DNA from: Myxococcota bacterium
Lineage (GTDB): Bacteria > Myxococcota_A > UBA9160 > UBA6930
Reading direction: 5' to 3'
Length of the DNA stretch: 64,000 bases
Assembly (NCBI GenBank): GCA_965223705.1
Contig: OZ245015.1
Coordinates: 1,824,001 to 1,888,000 of the forward strand
The notes under the pieces were generated by a model that was given only the letters and a program-made list of their open reading frames with translations, had not been told where the DNA came from and made no database searches. Both the position numbers and the translations under genes were made by a program. Below, piece after piece: positions 1 through 9,114 of this stretch (positions are counted from its first letter, which is position 1; each line of letters starts with the position of its first letter).

Positions 1-208
1 TCGCGCCGAACGTTCCCCCGATTGCGCCACCAGCGGCTGCGCCTTCGGGCGCTTTCGTGTTCTGCGCCATTTGGAAATCTCGACCTCGGGTGCCGTCCGA
101 CATCAAAAGGCTGATATCCGACCGATCGCACCCGTTTGCAATCAGCCGACCGACGGCGAGTTCCGCCTCGGCTCGGTTTGAGAACACAGACGTTACGAAG
201 TTTGACAT
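1..208 (-). CDS. general stress protein-like membrane protein (5' part; runs off the left edge of the window)
   Basis: Not in the ORF track. Manual translation MSNFVTSVFSNRAEAELAVGRLIANGCDRSDISLLMSDGTRGRDFQMAQNTKAPEGAAAGGAIGGTFGA shows the F..R..AE.AV..L...G....DIS pattern and a Gly-zipper. GGAGGAG RBS and a sigma54 promoter lie upstream. Confidence 0.75.
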   Translation of the reverse strand, partial: MSNFVTSVFSNRAEAELAVGRLIANGCDRSDISLLMSDGTRGRDFQMAQNTKAPEGAAAGGAIGGTFGA

Positions 209-241
209 GTGGGCTCCTCCTACGGTTGGTATGAGGATCAC

Positions 242-257
242 TGCAAGGCATGTGCCA
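242..257 (-). promoter_or_regulatory. sigma54 -24/-12 promoter
   Basis: TGGCACATGCCTTGCA on the minus strand, an exact TGGCAC-N5-TTGCA match 34 bp upstream of the ATG at 208. Confidence 0.75.
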
Positions 258-420
258 CCGGGAACTACGTTGAACGACGTCGCTAGTCGGACGAGTCAGT
301 CGATTGCCGGATCCGCCGCAGTAGCTCTTGCATCCATTTCGTAACGACTACAAGCAACGGAAGTCGCGAGGGCGCAGGCGGTGAACGGCCGCAACGTAGA
401 CGTGCACAAGAACCGCGTCG

Positions 421-801
421 TCACGACTCACCAGTTCCGAGTTCCATGAGTAAGCGAAAGAAATCCTCAGGGGCTGAATCAACTTGCACGCTGAAACCGC
501 TCTCGATGACGATCTTGGCCGAACGGTGGCTCTTTCGAACTCGGGAGACGCGTCCGATCACGGCGGCATCCGCGAGGCCTTCGGATCGAACGGTCACTTC
601 GATCCTCTGGTTCGCTTCCGGCACGATCGACGAGAGGATGTAAAGCCCTCGAGCGGAGACGTCGGCGACGAGCCCGGTGTGTCTGCGCCCGCCCTCGACC
701 CGGAACTCACAGCTCGCCCGGAAACGCATTCTCTCGAACTGGCGACGATCGCGGTCCACTGGCTGGCTCCGATTGTCCGCTGCCAAAGTAGCAGGTAGCA
801 A
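421..801 (-). CDS. PilZ domain protein (c-di-GMP receptor)
   Basis: RxxxR (RQFER) and DxSxxG (DVSARG) motifs; start uncertain. Confidence 0.75.
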   Translation of the reverse strand: MLPATLAADNRSQPVDRDRRQFERMRFRASCEFRVEGGRRHTGLVADVSARGLYILSSIVPEANQRIEVTVRSEGLADAAVIGRVSRVRKSHRSAKIVIESGFSVQVDSAPEDFFRLLMELGTGES

Positions 802-819
802 CTCGGCGAAGGCCGCGGA

Positions 820-1458
820 TCAAGCCACCAGCGAGTAATAGACCAGCGCAGCCGCTCCCGCGGAAACGGCGAGCCCAGCGACGGCAAGTAAACCATCGCG
901 TGCGGAGAGAGATAGTCCCAAGAGGAGCAGGCCGAGCGCCGGAAGATATGCGGCGAAGGGCAACAACTCGAGCGGCACCATCAATGCGGCGGCGACGAGC
1001 GCCAGTGCGCTAATCAGACGTTCCATCGCGCCCCGCGTGAACCACTCCCAGCGCGGTCGGATAACGCGATCGAAACGCCGGGCCCAGGGCCGCACGCGAT
1101 CGCGAGCGCTCTCCCATTTGTGTGTAGAGACGCCCCGCTCGCGCACGGCCTTCGGAACCCAGGGGTATCGGCAACCGAGCAAGTGCTGCACCGAGACCAG
1201 CACGACGAACAGCGCAAGAACCGACGGCACCGTTGGGATCGCGCCTACAGGCGTCAAGACCAAGAGGGCTGCAGCGGCGAGAAGGCCTCCAAATGCACGG
1301 CTGCCGAAGGCATCCAGAAGGTCTTGCACTTCGAGTTTGGCGTCGCCCCCGACCTCCGCATCAATTGAATCGAGTAGATCCTCTAGGTTTTGAGATCCCT
1401 GACGTTGCGGCACGCTAGCCGTCCATTGTCGACGTATGCGGGTCGTGAACCACGCCAC
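820..1458 (-). CDS. exoD: exopolysaccharide synthesis protein ExoD family
   Basis: LEDLLD...DLLDAFGSRAFGGLL, P...IP.V, PW.P and RPR motifs plus C-terminal RDG; several TM helices; start uncertain. Confidence 0.85.
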   Translation of the reverse strand: MAWFTTRIRRQWTASVPQRQGSQNLEDLLDSIDAEVGGDAKLEVQDLLDAFGSRAFGGLLAAAALLVLTPVGAIPTVPSVLALFVVLVSVQHLLGCRYPWVPKAVRERGVSTHKWESARDRVRPWARRFDRVIRPRWEWFTRGAMERLISALALVAAALMVPLELLPFAAYLPALGLLLLGLSLSARDGLLAVAGLAVSAGAAALVYYSLVA

Positions 1459-1472
1459 CCGTTCTCGTCGGA

Positions 1473-2090
1473 CTACCGGCGCCGGAGGGCCCTCGGAACG
1501 GTCTGGTGAATGGACAGGCCTTCATCGCGATGCTGGCCGCCAACGGTCGCGGCGAACCAAGCCGCGGCAGCGCCGACTGCGGCACCTGCGGCGGTCGCGA
1601 ACGCAAAAATGGTCGACACGTTCGCGGTGAGCCGCAGCACTTCATCGCTCACGTCGCGGTCGGCGGCAGAAGCGGCTACGTCCATACCGGCCGCTGATAG
1701 CGCCGCAATCAGGGCGGCGGCGATCCCGACCACGATGGTCGAGACACCCCAAACGACGAGACCGTGGACTCCGTCGCGGAATTCGGCTTCCGCTTCGACG
1801 GCGTCGCCCCATCGCGAGCGCATGCGGCCGGCGATGTAGCCACCCGCGGAGGCGCTCACCAGAGCGACGAGAGCAACCCAGAGGCCCGCGACGAGCACAC
1901 TCCACGAAGCACTTCCGTCATCCAGCGTGGGGGTCGCCGCCGCGACTCCCACACCAACCCCAAATTGGAGGAGAACAATCGACATCGCTCCGGCGACGGC
2001 CGTGCCGCCGAGCACGGCGCCCCATTCCAGGTATCCGGAACCGGGATCCGCAGGCCGGGCATCCGCCGTGATAGGTCGAGCACTCGCCAT
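1473..2090 (-). CDS. conserved multi-pass membrane protein (stress-cluster associated)
   Basis: WGAVLGG, GGYIAGRMR, E.EFRDG.HGL.VW and GG.HRD motifs; 4 TM segments. Confidence 0.7.
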   Translation of the reverse strand: MASARPITADARPADPGSGYLEWGAVLGGTAVAGAMSIVLLQFGVGVGVAAATPTLDDGSASWSVLVAGLWVALVALVSASAGGYIAGRMRSRWGDAVEAEAEFRDGVHGLVVWGVSTIVVGIAAALIAALSAAGMDVAASAADRDVSDEVLRLTANVSTIFAFATAAGAAVGAAAAWFAATVGGQHRDEGLSIHQTVPRALRRR

Positions 2091-2099
2091 GATCGCCAG

Positions 2100-2174
2100 C
2101 TACCGCAAACCGAGGACAGAGAGGATGAACATCACGACAACAAGAAGTCCGACGAGGTAAATAATGCTGTGCAT
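2100..2174 (-). CDS. 24-aa small membrane protein
   Basis: MHSIIYLVGLLVVVMFILSVLGLR*; AAGGAA RBS; lies between a sigma54 promoter and the next gene. Confidence 0.7.
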   Translation of the reverse strand: MHSIIYLVGLLVVVMFILSVLGLR

Positions 2175-2219
2175 CGAAGGGTTCCTTTCGAGCGCCAACG
2201 CGGCGACGTTCGGGGCCGG

Positions 2220-2235
2220 TGCAAAGACGGTGCCG
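2220..2235 (-). promoter_or_regulatory. sigma54 -24/-12 promoter
   Basis: CGGCACCGTCTTTGCA on the minus strand. Confidence 0.7.
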
Positions 2236-2347
2236 GCCGCGAATCACGCAAAACGATCCCCGGACAAGGTCTATCGGCGAGTTTTTCCACGATCGCTGTA
2301 AGAGTTACAGGCCTCGTCGCTCCGCGGCCATGTTGTCGGGCCTCGCT

Positions 2348-2363
2348 TGGCACAAGCATTGCT
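2348..2363 (+). promoter_or_regulatory. sigma54 -24/-12 promoter
   Basis: TGGCACAAGCATTGCT, exact consensus, upstream of the Usp gene. Confidence 0.75.
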
Positions 2364-2433
2364 CAGTGTGGCCGTCATGAAAGATCGATACGGCAGTTGC
2401 GATGACCGAGCCAAACCACGCCCGACGTTTCAA

Positions 2434-3024
2434 ATGGCGGAATTTCATGCGGTCGAAATCGGTGAGCTGATCGCCGGCTCTGGCGGCCGCGCGGGATCTG
2501 CCTCGATCATCGTCGCACACGACTTCTCCGAGAACGCTTGGGCTGCCCTCCGCGCTGCTGTCCGGCTCGGTAACTCCATAGGCGCAGAGATCACCCTGGT
2601 CTATGTGACGCAGCCGCTGTTGTCGAAACGCTCCGCCCGACGACGTCTGGAAGAGACGATTCGCGAGCTCGATCCGCCGCCCTCCCGAGCGCGAATCGAA
2701 GTCGCCGAGGGCACCGACCCGTCCCAATCCTTGTGCGATATCGCCACAAAGCTCGGAAGCGACCTGATCGTGATCGGTGCACGAGGCAGAGACAGACTCG
2801 AACTTCCGTCGGACGAGAGCGTGGCAGAACGCACGGCCCTCTCCGCGCCTTGTCCGATTCTGACGGTCCACGCTGCCAACGAAGGAGCCAACTGGCGAAC
2901 GACGTGGAGGCGGTACATCCGTCCGGCTTTGGGTACCCAAAGCTTCGACGGCACCCGTTTTGCTCTCACTTTCCCCAACCAAGATCTCAGGAGGTTTTAT
3001 GGAGACATCGAAGAATCAAGGTGA
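2434..3024 (+). CDS. universal stress protein (UspA family)
   Basis: IIVAHDFS...A, DLIVIGARGR and SVAERTALSAPCPILTV motifs; start could be 2377. Confidence 0.85.
   Translation: MAEFHAVEIGELIAGSGGRAGSASIIVAHDFSENAWAALRAAVRLGNSIGAEITLVYVTQPLLSKRSARRRLEETIRELDPPPSRARIEVAEGTDPSQSLCDIATKLGSDLIVIGARGRDRLELPSDESVAERTALSAPCPILTVHAANEGANWRTTWRRYIRPALGTQSFDGTRFALTFPNQDLRRFYGDIEESR
2949..2964 (+). promoter_or_regulatory. sigma54 -24/-12 promoter (internal to the 3' end of the Usp ORF)
   Basis: CGGCACCCGTTTTGCT, 35 bp upstream of the ATG at 2999, which has an AGGAGG RBS. Confidence 0.65.
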
Positions 3025-3172
3025 AGGCAACAAAAAAGCCGATCGGCGCTACCGAGAGGCCGCCTCGGAACACGCAAAGACCGAGGCATCTGACAAGGCG
3101 GCGCGCCGCGCCGCTGAAGAATTGGACGCAAATCGAGACGACTCGGAAACGGAGACCGCCGATGATCGCTAG
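2999..3172 (+). CDS. small hydrophilic hypothetical protein
   Basis: METSKNQGEGNKKADRRYREAA...; perfect AGGAGG RBS. Confidence 0.7.
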   Translation: METSKNQGEGNKKADRRYREAASEHAKTEASDKAARRAAEELDANRDDSETETADDR

Positions 3173-3326
3173 AAACACAACCAGGAACAGCATCCGACGC
3201 GGTCTGGCCACCTTCCTCGCGGCACTCGCTGTCAGCGTCGCACCGCTCGCCCTTGGAGGCTGCGACGACGACGATGCCGAGGAGGCCGTAGAAGAGATCG
3301 CGGATGAAATCGACGATGCGACCTAG
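3162..3326 (+). CDS. small acidic lipoprotein
   Basis: Signal peptide with LGGC lipobox followed by DDDDAEEAVEEIADEIDDAT; GGAG RBS. Confidence 0.7.
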   Translation: MIARNTTRNSIRRGLATFLAALAVSVAPLALGGCDDDDAEEAVEEIADEIDDAT

Positions 3327-3471
3327 CGCGTAGGGACCGGTCCGGATCCGACGGCGTTTTTCTACTCCGGCCCCGGCGTTCAGCTGCTCGCGCCCGAGGT
3401 GATCGCCGTCGGCCCACCGTCCGCCGAACGGCTTCGGAAACCTAAAGCCGTGCAATCACAGGAAGTAAGTC

Positions 3472-4920
3472 ATGACAAATTCGCAGAAGCCCACGACCAC
3501 CGACTCCGGGATTCCCGTACCCAGTGACGAACACTCTCTGACGGTGGGTCCCGACGGCCCCATCCTGCTCCACGATCACTATCTGATCGAGCAGATGGCC
3601 AACTTCAATCGCGAGCGGATTCCCGAACGGCAACCCCACGCGAAGGGGAGTGGCGCGTTCGGTCACTTTCAAACGACCCATGATGTCAGCTCGTACTCCA
3701 AGGCCGCCGTCTTTCAGCCGGACACAGAGACCGAGGTCGTGATGCGCTTCTCGACCGTAGCCGGAGAGCGAGGCAGCCCGGATACTTGGCGAGACCCGCG
3801 CGGTTTCGCAGTCAAGTTCTACACCACGGAAGGCAACTTCGACCTCGTGGGCAACAACACCCCGGTCTTCTTCCTTCGCGATCCGCTGAAGTTCCAGCAC
3901 TTCATTCGTTCGCAGAAGCGGCGCGCTGACAACAATCTTCGGGACCACGACATGCAGTGGGATTTCTGGACGCTCTCTCCGGAGTCCGCCCATCAGGTCA
4001 CTTGGCTGATGGGGGATCGCGGTATTCCGGAGAGTTGGCGCCATATGAACGGCTATTCAAGTCACACCTACATGTGGGTGAATGCGGACGGCGAGAAGTT
4101 CTGGGTCAAGTATCACTTCAAGACGAATCAGGGCATCGAATGGTTGTCCCAGCAGAACGCCGATCGCTTGGCCGGTGAGGACGGGGACTACCACACCCGC
4201 GATCTCTTCCAGGCGATCGAGCGCGGTGATTTCCCGAGTTGGACGCTCCACGTGCAGATCATGCCGTTTGCAGAAGCGGAGACCTATCGCTTCAACCCCT
4301 TCGACCTGACGAAGGTATGGCCTCACGCAGACTATCCGCTACAGCAAGTCGGTAAGCTGGTCCTCGATCGCAACCCGACGGATCACCACACGCAAATCGA
4401 ACAAGCGGCTTTTGAACCGAACAACATCGTGCCAGGAACGGGCCTTAGCCCGGACAAGATGCTGTTGGCTCGAGTGTTCTCGTACGCGGACGCGCATCGT
4501 GCCCGGATCGGGGTGAACTACAAGCAGGTACCGGTCAATCGCCCGATGTGCGAAGTCAATAGCTACAGCAAGGACGGCGCCATGCGAGTCGAGGCGGTCC
4601 GTGACCCTGTGTACGCACCGAATTCCAAGGGCGGGCCCCGGGCGGCGGAAGATCGAGACGTGGACAACGCCGGGTGGGAGACAAGCGGAGAGTTTGTCCG
4701 CCAGGCGTATACCCTGCGAAGCGACGACGACGACTTCGGGCAGGCGCGGACTCTCATCCGCAAGGTTATGGACGATGACGCACGCGACCGACTCGTATCA
4801 AACATCGCCGGGCACCTGGGAGCGGGTGTCTCAGAGCCCGTACTGACGCGAGCCTTCGAGTACTGGCACGACATCGATCCCGAAATCGGTGAGCGGGTCA
4901 AGAAGGCGATGAACCGCTAG
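3472..4920 (+). CDS. katA: monofunctional heme catalase (small-subunit type)
   Basis: [15 protein letters not shown] distal His motif, [16 protein letters not shown] and [10 protein letters not shown] proximal Tyr motif; 482 aa. Confidence 0.97.
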   Translation: MTNSQKPTTTDSGIPVPSDEHSLTVGPDGPILLHDHYLIEQMANFNRERIPERQPHAKGSGAFGHFQTTHDVSSYSKAAVFQPDTETEVVMRFSTVAGERGSPDTWRDPRGFAVKFYTTEGNFDLVGNNTPVFFLRDPLKFQHFIRSQKRRADNNLRDHDMQWDFWTLSPESAHQVTWLMGDRGIPESWRHMNGYSSHTYMWVNADGEKFWVKYHFKTNQGIEWLSQQNADRLAGEDGDYHTRDLFQAIERGDFPSWTLHVQIMPFAEAETYRFNPFDLTKVWPHADYPLQQVGKLVLDRNPTDHHTQIEQAAFEPNNIVPGTGLSPDKMLLARVFSYADAHRARIGVNYKQVPVNRPMCEVNSYSKDGAMRVEAVRDPVYAPNSKGGPRAAEDRDVDNAGWETSGEFVRQAYTLRSDDDDFGQARTLIRKVMDDDARDRLVSNIAGHLGAGVSEPVLTRAFEYWHDIDPEIGERVKKAMNR

Positions 4921-4943
4921 GCGAAGGCGGGAAGGGAGAACCG

Positions 4944-5102
4944 ATGGCTCAGCAATCCAGTGTCACTTGCCTCCACGCACCCTGTACGTGCCCGGCAGAA
5001 TCCGATCGTCCCTACTGCAGCGATCACTGCGAGAAGGAGCACCGAGACGGAAGGCTGCAGAAGGGTCCCTGCCACTGCGGGAACCCCGAGTGCGGGACCT
5101 GA
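4944..5102 (+). CDS. prokaryotic metallothionein-like protein (52 aa)
   Basis: Not in the ORF track. MAQQSSVTCLHAPCTCPAESDRPYCSDHCEKEHRDGRLQKGPCHCGNPECGT has 8 Cys and 4 His in C.H..C.C, YCS..C and C.CG...C patterns. GGGAGA RBS. Confidence 0.8.
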   Translation: MAQQSSVTCLHAPCTCPAESDRPYCSDHCEKEHRDGRLQKGPCHCGNPECGT

Positions 5103-5111
5103 GTCCGGTAG

Positions 5112-5255
5112 CTAGGCAGCCTCAGGTCGACTGAGGATCACCCACACCGCATGGACGATCCCCGGCACGTAGCCGAAGAGGGTCAGCAACAGGTTGAGCC
5201 AAAAGTGGCCCGTCAGTCCGACTTGGAGAAAAACGCCAACTGGCGGTAGAGCCAT
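5112..5255 (-). CDS. YqaE/Pmp3 (UPF0057) family small membrane protein
   Basis: Not in the ORF track. MALPPVGVFLQVGLTGHFWLNLLLTLFGYVPGIVHAVWVILSRPEAA; GGAG RBS. Confidence 0.85.
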   Translation of the reverse strand: MALPPVGVFLQVGLTGHFWLNLLLTLFGYVPGIVHAVWVILSRPEAA

Positions 5256-5365
5256 GATTTCTCCGGTGTGCAAAGCGAGGCGCAAATCGACCCACGAGAC
5301 GTTGGCAGCCCATCTCGTGGGTCGATGCTTCAGCGCCAGGTCGCGCTGACTGTGGGCGGTCCGCT

Positions 5366-5956
5366 CTAACGGCGCCGCCGCAGGGTACGAAGCGTCCCCG
5401 CAACCGCGGCAGAGCCCAAGCCCGTGACGACAAGCAGCGGAAGGAAACTCGCCGTGTCCGGGAGGCGAGCGTAATCCCGCTCTCGTTCCTGCGGGTCTCG
5501 TTCGGTGGGCGCAGCGGCAACGGGCTGTCGGTTCATCTCATCGCGAGCTTCCGATTCTCGGATCCTTGTTTCAGAGACACGAATTCGCTCGGAGCGGTCG
5601 ATCGAGTCCTTCTTCTGGACGAAATCGCGGTAAGCCGGATCGCTCTTGTCGAGAATCTCCACGAACTCGACGCGAGAGTCGACTGCGTCGGGAGCTCCCA
5701 CGAAGATCACGCGGACGGCATCACCCACCTCCAGGAAGTCCCGGCCCGTCAGTCCTCGGTTCTCCTTGGCAAAACGGGTCACGACGGTGTAGTCAACCTC
5801 GATCTCGCCAGCTTCCGTCAGCATGTGCGCCTCACCGGTCCCGCGATCGATCTTCGTGATCTCTCCTACCAACGTTTTCGATTCCGGTATCGCCTGAGCC
5901 AGAGCACCTGCGCTCATCAAGACTGCCAGCGCGCTGGCAAAAACTACAACTCTCAT
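5366..5956 (-). CDS. secreted protein with a C-terminal LPxTA/LPXTG-like anchor
   Basis: Signal peptide MRVVVFASALAVLMSAGALA; OB-fold-like middle region; ends LPDTAS + hydrophobic helix + RRRR. Confidence 0.7.
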   Translation of the reverse strand: MRVVVFASALAVLMSAGALAQAIPESKTLVGEITKIDRGTGEAHMLTEAGEIEVDYTVVTRFAKENRGLTGRDFLEVGDAVRVIFVGAPDAVDSRVEFVEILDKSDPAYRDFVQKKDSIDRSERIRVSETRIRESEARDEMNRQPVAAAPTERDPQERERDYARLPDTASFLPLLVVTGLGSAAVAGTLRTLRRRR

Positions 5957-6017
5957 CGTTTTGTTCTCCTTTGCGGGTTGCCGGGGGGCGATCCGCTCCG
6001 TTTCGAACGAGATGATC

Positions 6018-6033
6018 TGCAGGTTACGTGCCA
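6018..6033 (-). promoter_or_regulatory. sigma54-like promoter
   Basis: TGGCACGTAACCTGCA on the minus strand (GG-N10-GC). Confidence 0.6.
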
Positions 6034-6052
6034 AGGCTGCTCGCTGGTGCGA

Positions 6053-6068
6053 CGGCACGGGAAGTGCA
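6053..6068 (+). promoter_or_regulatory. sigma54-like promoter
   Basis: CGGCACGGGAAGTGCA (GG-N10-GC), divergent from the site at 6018-6033. Confidence 0.55.
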
Positions 6069-6108
6069 AGGAGAGTGGCAGAACTACATGACGGAGTCGC
6101 TTGTCTTC

Positions 6109-7092
6109 ATGAAACACGTTCTCGCTCTTTCCATTCTTGTCTTCGCTTTCATGCTTCCCACCCGTTCTTTGTCGGACGACTTGGGTACGTTGTCGCTCAC
6201 GGTCGAAAACGACGCCATCGCGGGTGGCACCGATCGCAACTACACAAGCGGCGTACGACTCGGCTACCTCACCGGGCCCGATCGCGTCTGGGGCATTGTG
6301 CAAGGGCTCGCGGGCTTTCTCCTGGCTGCAGAAGAGGAGGATGTGGTGCGCTTCGGCATCGCCATCGGGCAGAGCATGTTCACGCCGCAGGATATAGAAG
6401 AGGAAGCGCCGCTCCCCGATCAGCACCCCTACGCGGGCTGGTTGTACGCAGACCTTTCGATCCTGGTCGAGCGGGAACACACGCTCGACACGTTGTCGCT
6501 GCAGGGCGGGGTGGTCGGGCCCGATGCGGGCGGCGAGTGGACCCAGACGAACATTCACGAGCTGCTTCACTCAGACGAACCGAAGGGCTGGGATAACCAG
6601 CTACGTCACGAAGCGGGCGTCGTCGTGACCTTCGACCGGAAGTGGCGCGCGCTAGCCGAGTGGGAGGCGGCACGCCTCGGCATCGACATTACACCCAATG
6701 CGGGGTTCTCGGTCGGCAACGTGCTCACCCAAGCGACTGCGGGCCTGACCTTGCGAATTGGAAACGACCTCGCCGACGACTACGGGCCACCGCGGATTCG
6801 TCCGAGCCTCGCCGGCGGAGGATTTTTCAATCCGAGTGATGGCTTCGGGTGGTACGTCTTCGCGGGCGCCGCCGGCCGAGCTGTGGCCTACAACATCTTT
6901 CTCGACGGCAACACGAGGCGCGACAGCCTCGAAGTCGATCGACGTCCCTTTGTCCTCGACGTACAGGCGGGCATCGTGATTCAGCTCTTGCGCGCTCAAC
7001 TCGCGCTAACTGTGGTCGCTCGAACCGAGGAATTCGAGACCCAGGAAGAAGAGCAGATTTTCGGCGCCGTGAGCCTCTCCTTCAAACTCTAA
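6109..7092 (+). CDS. lipid A deacylase LpxR family outer-membrane protein (DUF2219)
   Basis: ENDA...DRNYTSG, GQSMFTP, PYAGWLY, GWDNQL, NIFLDG motifs; beta-barrel-type C-terminus. Confidence 0.9.
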   Translation: MKHVLALSILVFAFMLPTRSLSDDLGTLSLTVENDAIAGGTDRNYTSGVRLGYLTGPDRVWGIVQGLAGFLLAAEEEDVVRFGIAIGQSMFTPQDIEEEAPLPDQHPYAGWLYADLSILVEREHTLDTLSLQGGVVGPDAGGEWTQTNIHELLHSDEPKGWDNQLRHEAGVVVTFDRKWRALAEWEAARLGIDITPNAGFSVGNVLTQATAGLTLRIGNDLADDYGPPRIRPSLAGGGFFNPSDGFGWYVFAGAAGRAVAYNIFLDGNTRRDSLEVDRRPFVLDVQAGIVIQLLRAQLALTVVARTEEFETQEEEQIFGAVSLSFKL

Positions 7093-7133
7093 GAGGAATC
7101 CGATGACAGGAGTCAGGTCAGGGGAGCGCGTCA

Positions 7134-7409
7134 ATGGCTGAAGACAAGCAACAAGAGATCGCCAACTTGCTGGCGGCGTTTCGCGAGGCAACCCTCCAGA
7201 TCATCGTTGACGAGGACCTCGGACTCCACGTATTTCTCGTCCAGCCGGCAACTGCGGAACAGACTCTGCGGCTCGAAGTCGACGCCGATTGGTTGGATCG
7301 GCACGAAACCAAAACGATTCGTGACAAACTCAAACACTTTGACGTGATCGAGAAGCTTCGCACCTGTGGCGGTGTACCCGTCCGGATTGACGGAACGACC
7401 TGTCCTTAA
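7134..7409 (+). CDS. hypothetical protein
   Basis: 91-aa ORF with GGGGAG RBS and protein-like composition. Confidence 0.5.
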   Translation: MAEDKQQEIANLLAAFREATLQIIVDEDLGLHVFLVQPATAEQTLRLEVDADWLDRHETKTIRDKLKHFDVIEKLRTCGGVPVRIDGTTCP

Positions 7410-7527
7410 CCCAGTTCAGCACGCCCACACGATCCGCGAGTCATCGGTTGGTCGGCGCAGCCGTGCAATTCGTACAACCGGTGGAAGATTCTTCGCGCTC
7501 CTGCGTCGCTCTAAAGGCGTGCGGGCT

Positions 7528-7543
7528 TGGCACGATAGGTGCA
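7528..7543 (+). promoter_or_regulatory. sigma54-like promoter
   Basis: TGGCACGATAGGTGCA upstream of csbD. Confidence 0.6.
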
Positions 7544-7682
7544 CATGATTGTGGAGGTCCCCACGGTTGTGACCCGGACCGTTCGCGGAGGACCACCGGT
7601 CTCGCTGAAAGGTGCGGATGATCCATCTCTGCACTCAGCGTCAAGGGAACCCCAACGGGTCGAAAAAGGAGGTTCATCAGGG

Positions 7683-7880
7683 ATGAACTGGGATCAAGTC
7701 GAAGGCAACTGGAAGCAGATCAAAGGGAAGGTCAAACAGCAGTGGGGAAAGCTCACGGACGACGACCTCGACCGCATCGACGGAAAACGCGAAGAACTCG
7801 CTGGAAAGATTCAGGAGCGCCACGGTGTGGCGCGCGAGAAAGCAGAGGAGCAGATCGATCAGTTTTGCGAGCGGCTTTAG
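7683..7880 (+). CDS. csbD: CsbD/YjbJ family stress protein
   Basis: MNWDQVEGNWKQIKGKVKQQWGKLTDDDL...GKIQERHG. Confidence 0.95.
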   Translation: MNWDQVEGNWKQIKGKVKQQWGKLTDDDLDRIDGKREELAGKIQERHGVAREKAEEQIDQFCERL

Positions 7881-7913
7881 GAGGTGAGGGGAGCATCGAT
7901 TCGAACACGCTCT

Positions 7914-7929
7914 TGGCACGGCGTTTGCT
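7914..7929 (+). promoter_or_regulatory. sigma54 -24/-12 promoter
   Basis: TGGCACGGCGTTTGCT, exact consensus. Confidence 0.75.
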
Positions 7930-7984
7930 CCCATTGCAAGGCGAGCGCGCAAGCGATAGCGCGCCAGACAAGGGGAATACAAAG

Positions 7985-8335
7985 ATGATGCAACCGACTG
8001 TTCTGTCCGCGAGTTCTGTATGCGGAGATTCGGTGGTCAATAACGCCGGCGACGATCTCGGAAAAATCGAAGAGATCATGGTCGACGTCCACGACAACCG
8101 GATCGCCTATGCCGTGCTTTCCTTCGGAGGCTTCTTAGGAATCGGCGACAAGCTGTTTGCGGTGCCTTGGCAGGCGCTGGCGCTCGATGCAGAGAACAAG
8201 CGCTTCGTTCTCAACGAATCCAAGGAACGCCTCGAAAACGCGCCTGGCTTCGACAAGAACAACTGGCCGAATATGGCCGACCGCACGTTCGGCGGCCAGA
8301 TTTACGACTACTACAAGGCGGACAAGTACTGGTAG
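7985..8335 (+). CDS. PRC-barrel domain protein
   Basis: LSAS...GD.VVN..G.DLGKIEEIM...IAYAVLSFGGFLGIGDKLFAVPW...APGFDK.NWP. Confidence 0.92.
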   Translation: MMQPTVLSASSVCGDSVVNNAGDDLGKIEEIMVDVHDNRIAYAVLSFGGFLGIGDKLFAVPWQALALDAENKRFVLNESKERLENAPGFDKNNWPNMADRTFGGQIYDYYKADKYW

Positions 8336-8447
8336 TCGACGCTTATCGAGGTGCCGCGCTCCGCCCTCCGCAGCCAGCGGCGCCTCACGGGCTCGAGACG
8401 TATCTATGCGTCTCGGGCCCCCTGACGGCCTCTCGCGGCATCGTTCG

Positions 8448-8984
8448 TTACTTCACCTCGAGCTCGTTGCGCACATCCGATACGCCGCCGGTCGCTCGGG
8501 CGAGGCGTTCCGCTTCTCTTTTCGCAGATATGTCTGATACCACGCCACGCAGTGTGACAACGCCGCGGTCGACATCAACATCGATGTTGATGGCCGATAC
8601 TTGAGGATCGGCGGCGAACTTGGCTTTCACGCGGGTGGTGATTCGCGCGTCGTCCACGACTTCGGACGCGGTGAGATCCCCGATCTGGAGTTTGTTGACG
8701 ACTCTCGTTACGCCGTTTGTGTCTCGAGCGAGATCTTCTGCTTCGCTGCGCTCGATCTCCGTCTCAACGAAACCACTCAGGGTGACCACGCCAGCTCGGG
8801 TGTCGACGTCGATTTCGAATGGATTCACTTCAGGATCGGCCGCGAATTTAGCGTTGATCATCGATGTGATGGACGCGTCGGATACTTGCTCGCCGATCGA
8901 GCGGGTTGTCGAGCAAGCGGCTACCGTGATAGCGATCACAACGAGCGCGAGCTCCTGCGCAAACGCGTAACACTTCCTTGTCAT
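8448..8984 (-). CDS. dual BON-domain lipoprotein (OsmY-like)
   Basis: VAAC lipobox; two DA.IT..(I/V).AKF..DP.V....IDVD...GVVTL.G repeats. Confidence 0.92.
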   Translation of the reverse strand: MTRKCYAFAQELALVVIAITVAACSTTRSIGEQVSDASITSMINAKFAADPEVNPFEIDVDTRAGVVTLSGFVETEIERSEAEDLARDTNGVTRVVNKLQIGDLTASEVVDDARITTRVKAKFAADPQVSAINIDVDVDRGVVTLRGVVSDISAKREAERLARATGGVSDVRNELEVK

Positions 8985-9075
8985 TTTGCTTTCCTCATTG
9001 TTGATTCTTCAAACGTTGCTCAAAAAGCAAAGACATCTGAGCAACGGGGTCGTTGTTGCTTCCGAGCGACGGCTG

Positions 9076-9091
9076 TGCAAAGGACGTGCCC
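9076..9091 (-). promoter_or_regulatory. sigma54-like promoter
   Basis: GGGCACGTCCTTTGCA on the minus strand, upstream of the BON gene. Confidence 0.6.
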
Positions 9092-9114
9092 GACGTTGCA
9101 ACCGCTAAATGTGT

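Noticed and set aside
5269..5284. TGCGCCTCGCTTTGCA (minus strand) as a sigma54 promoter for the Pmp3 gene
   Set aside because: It lacks the invariant GG at -24.
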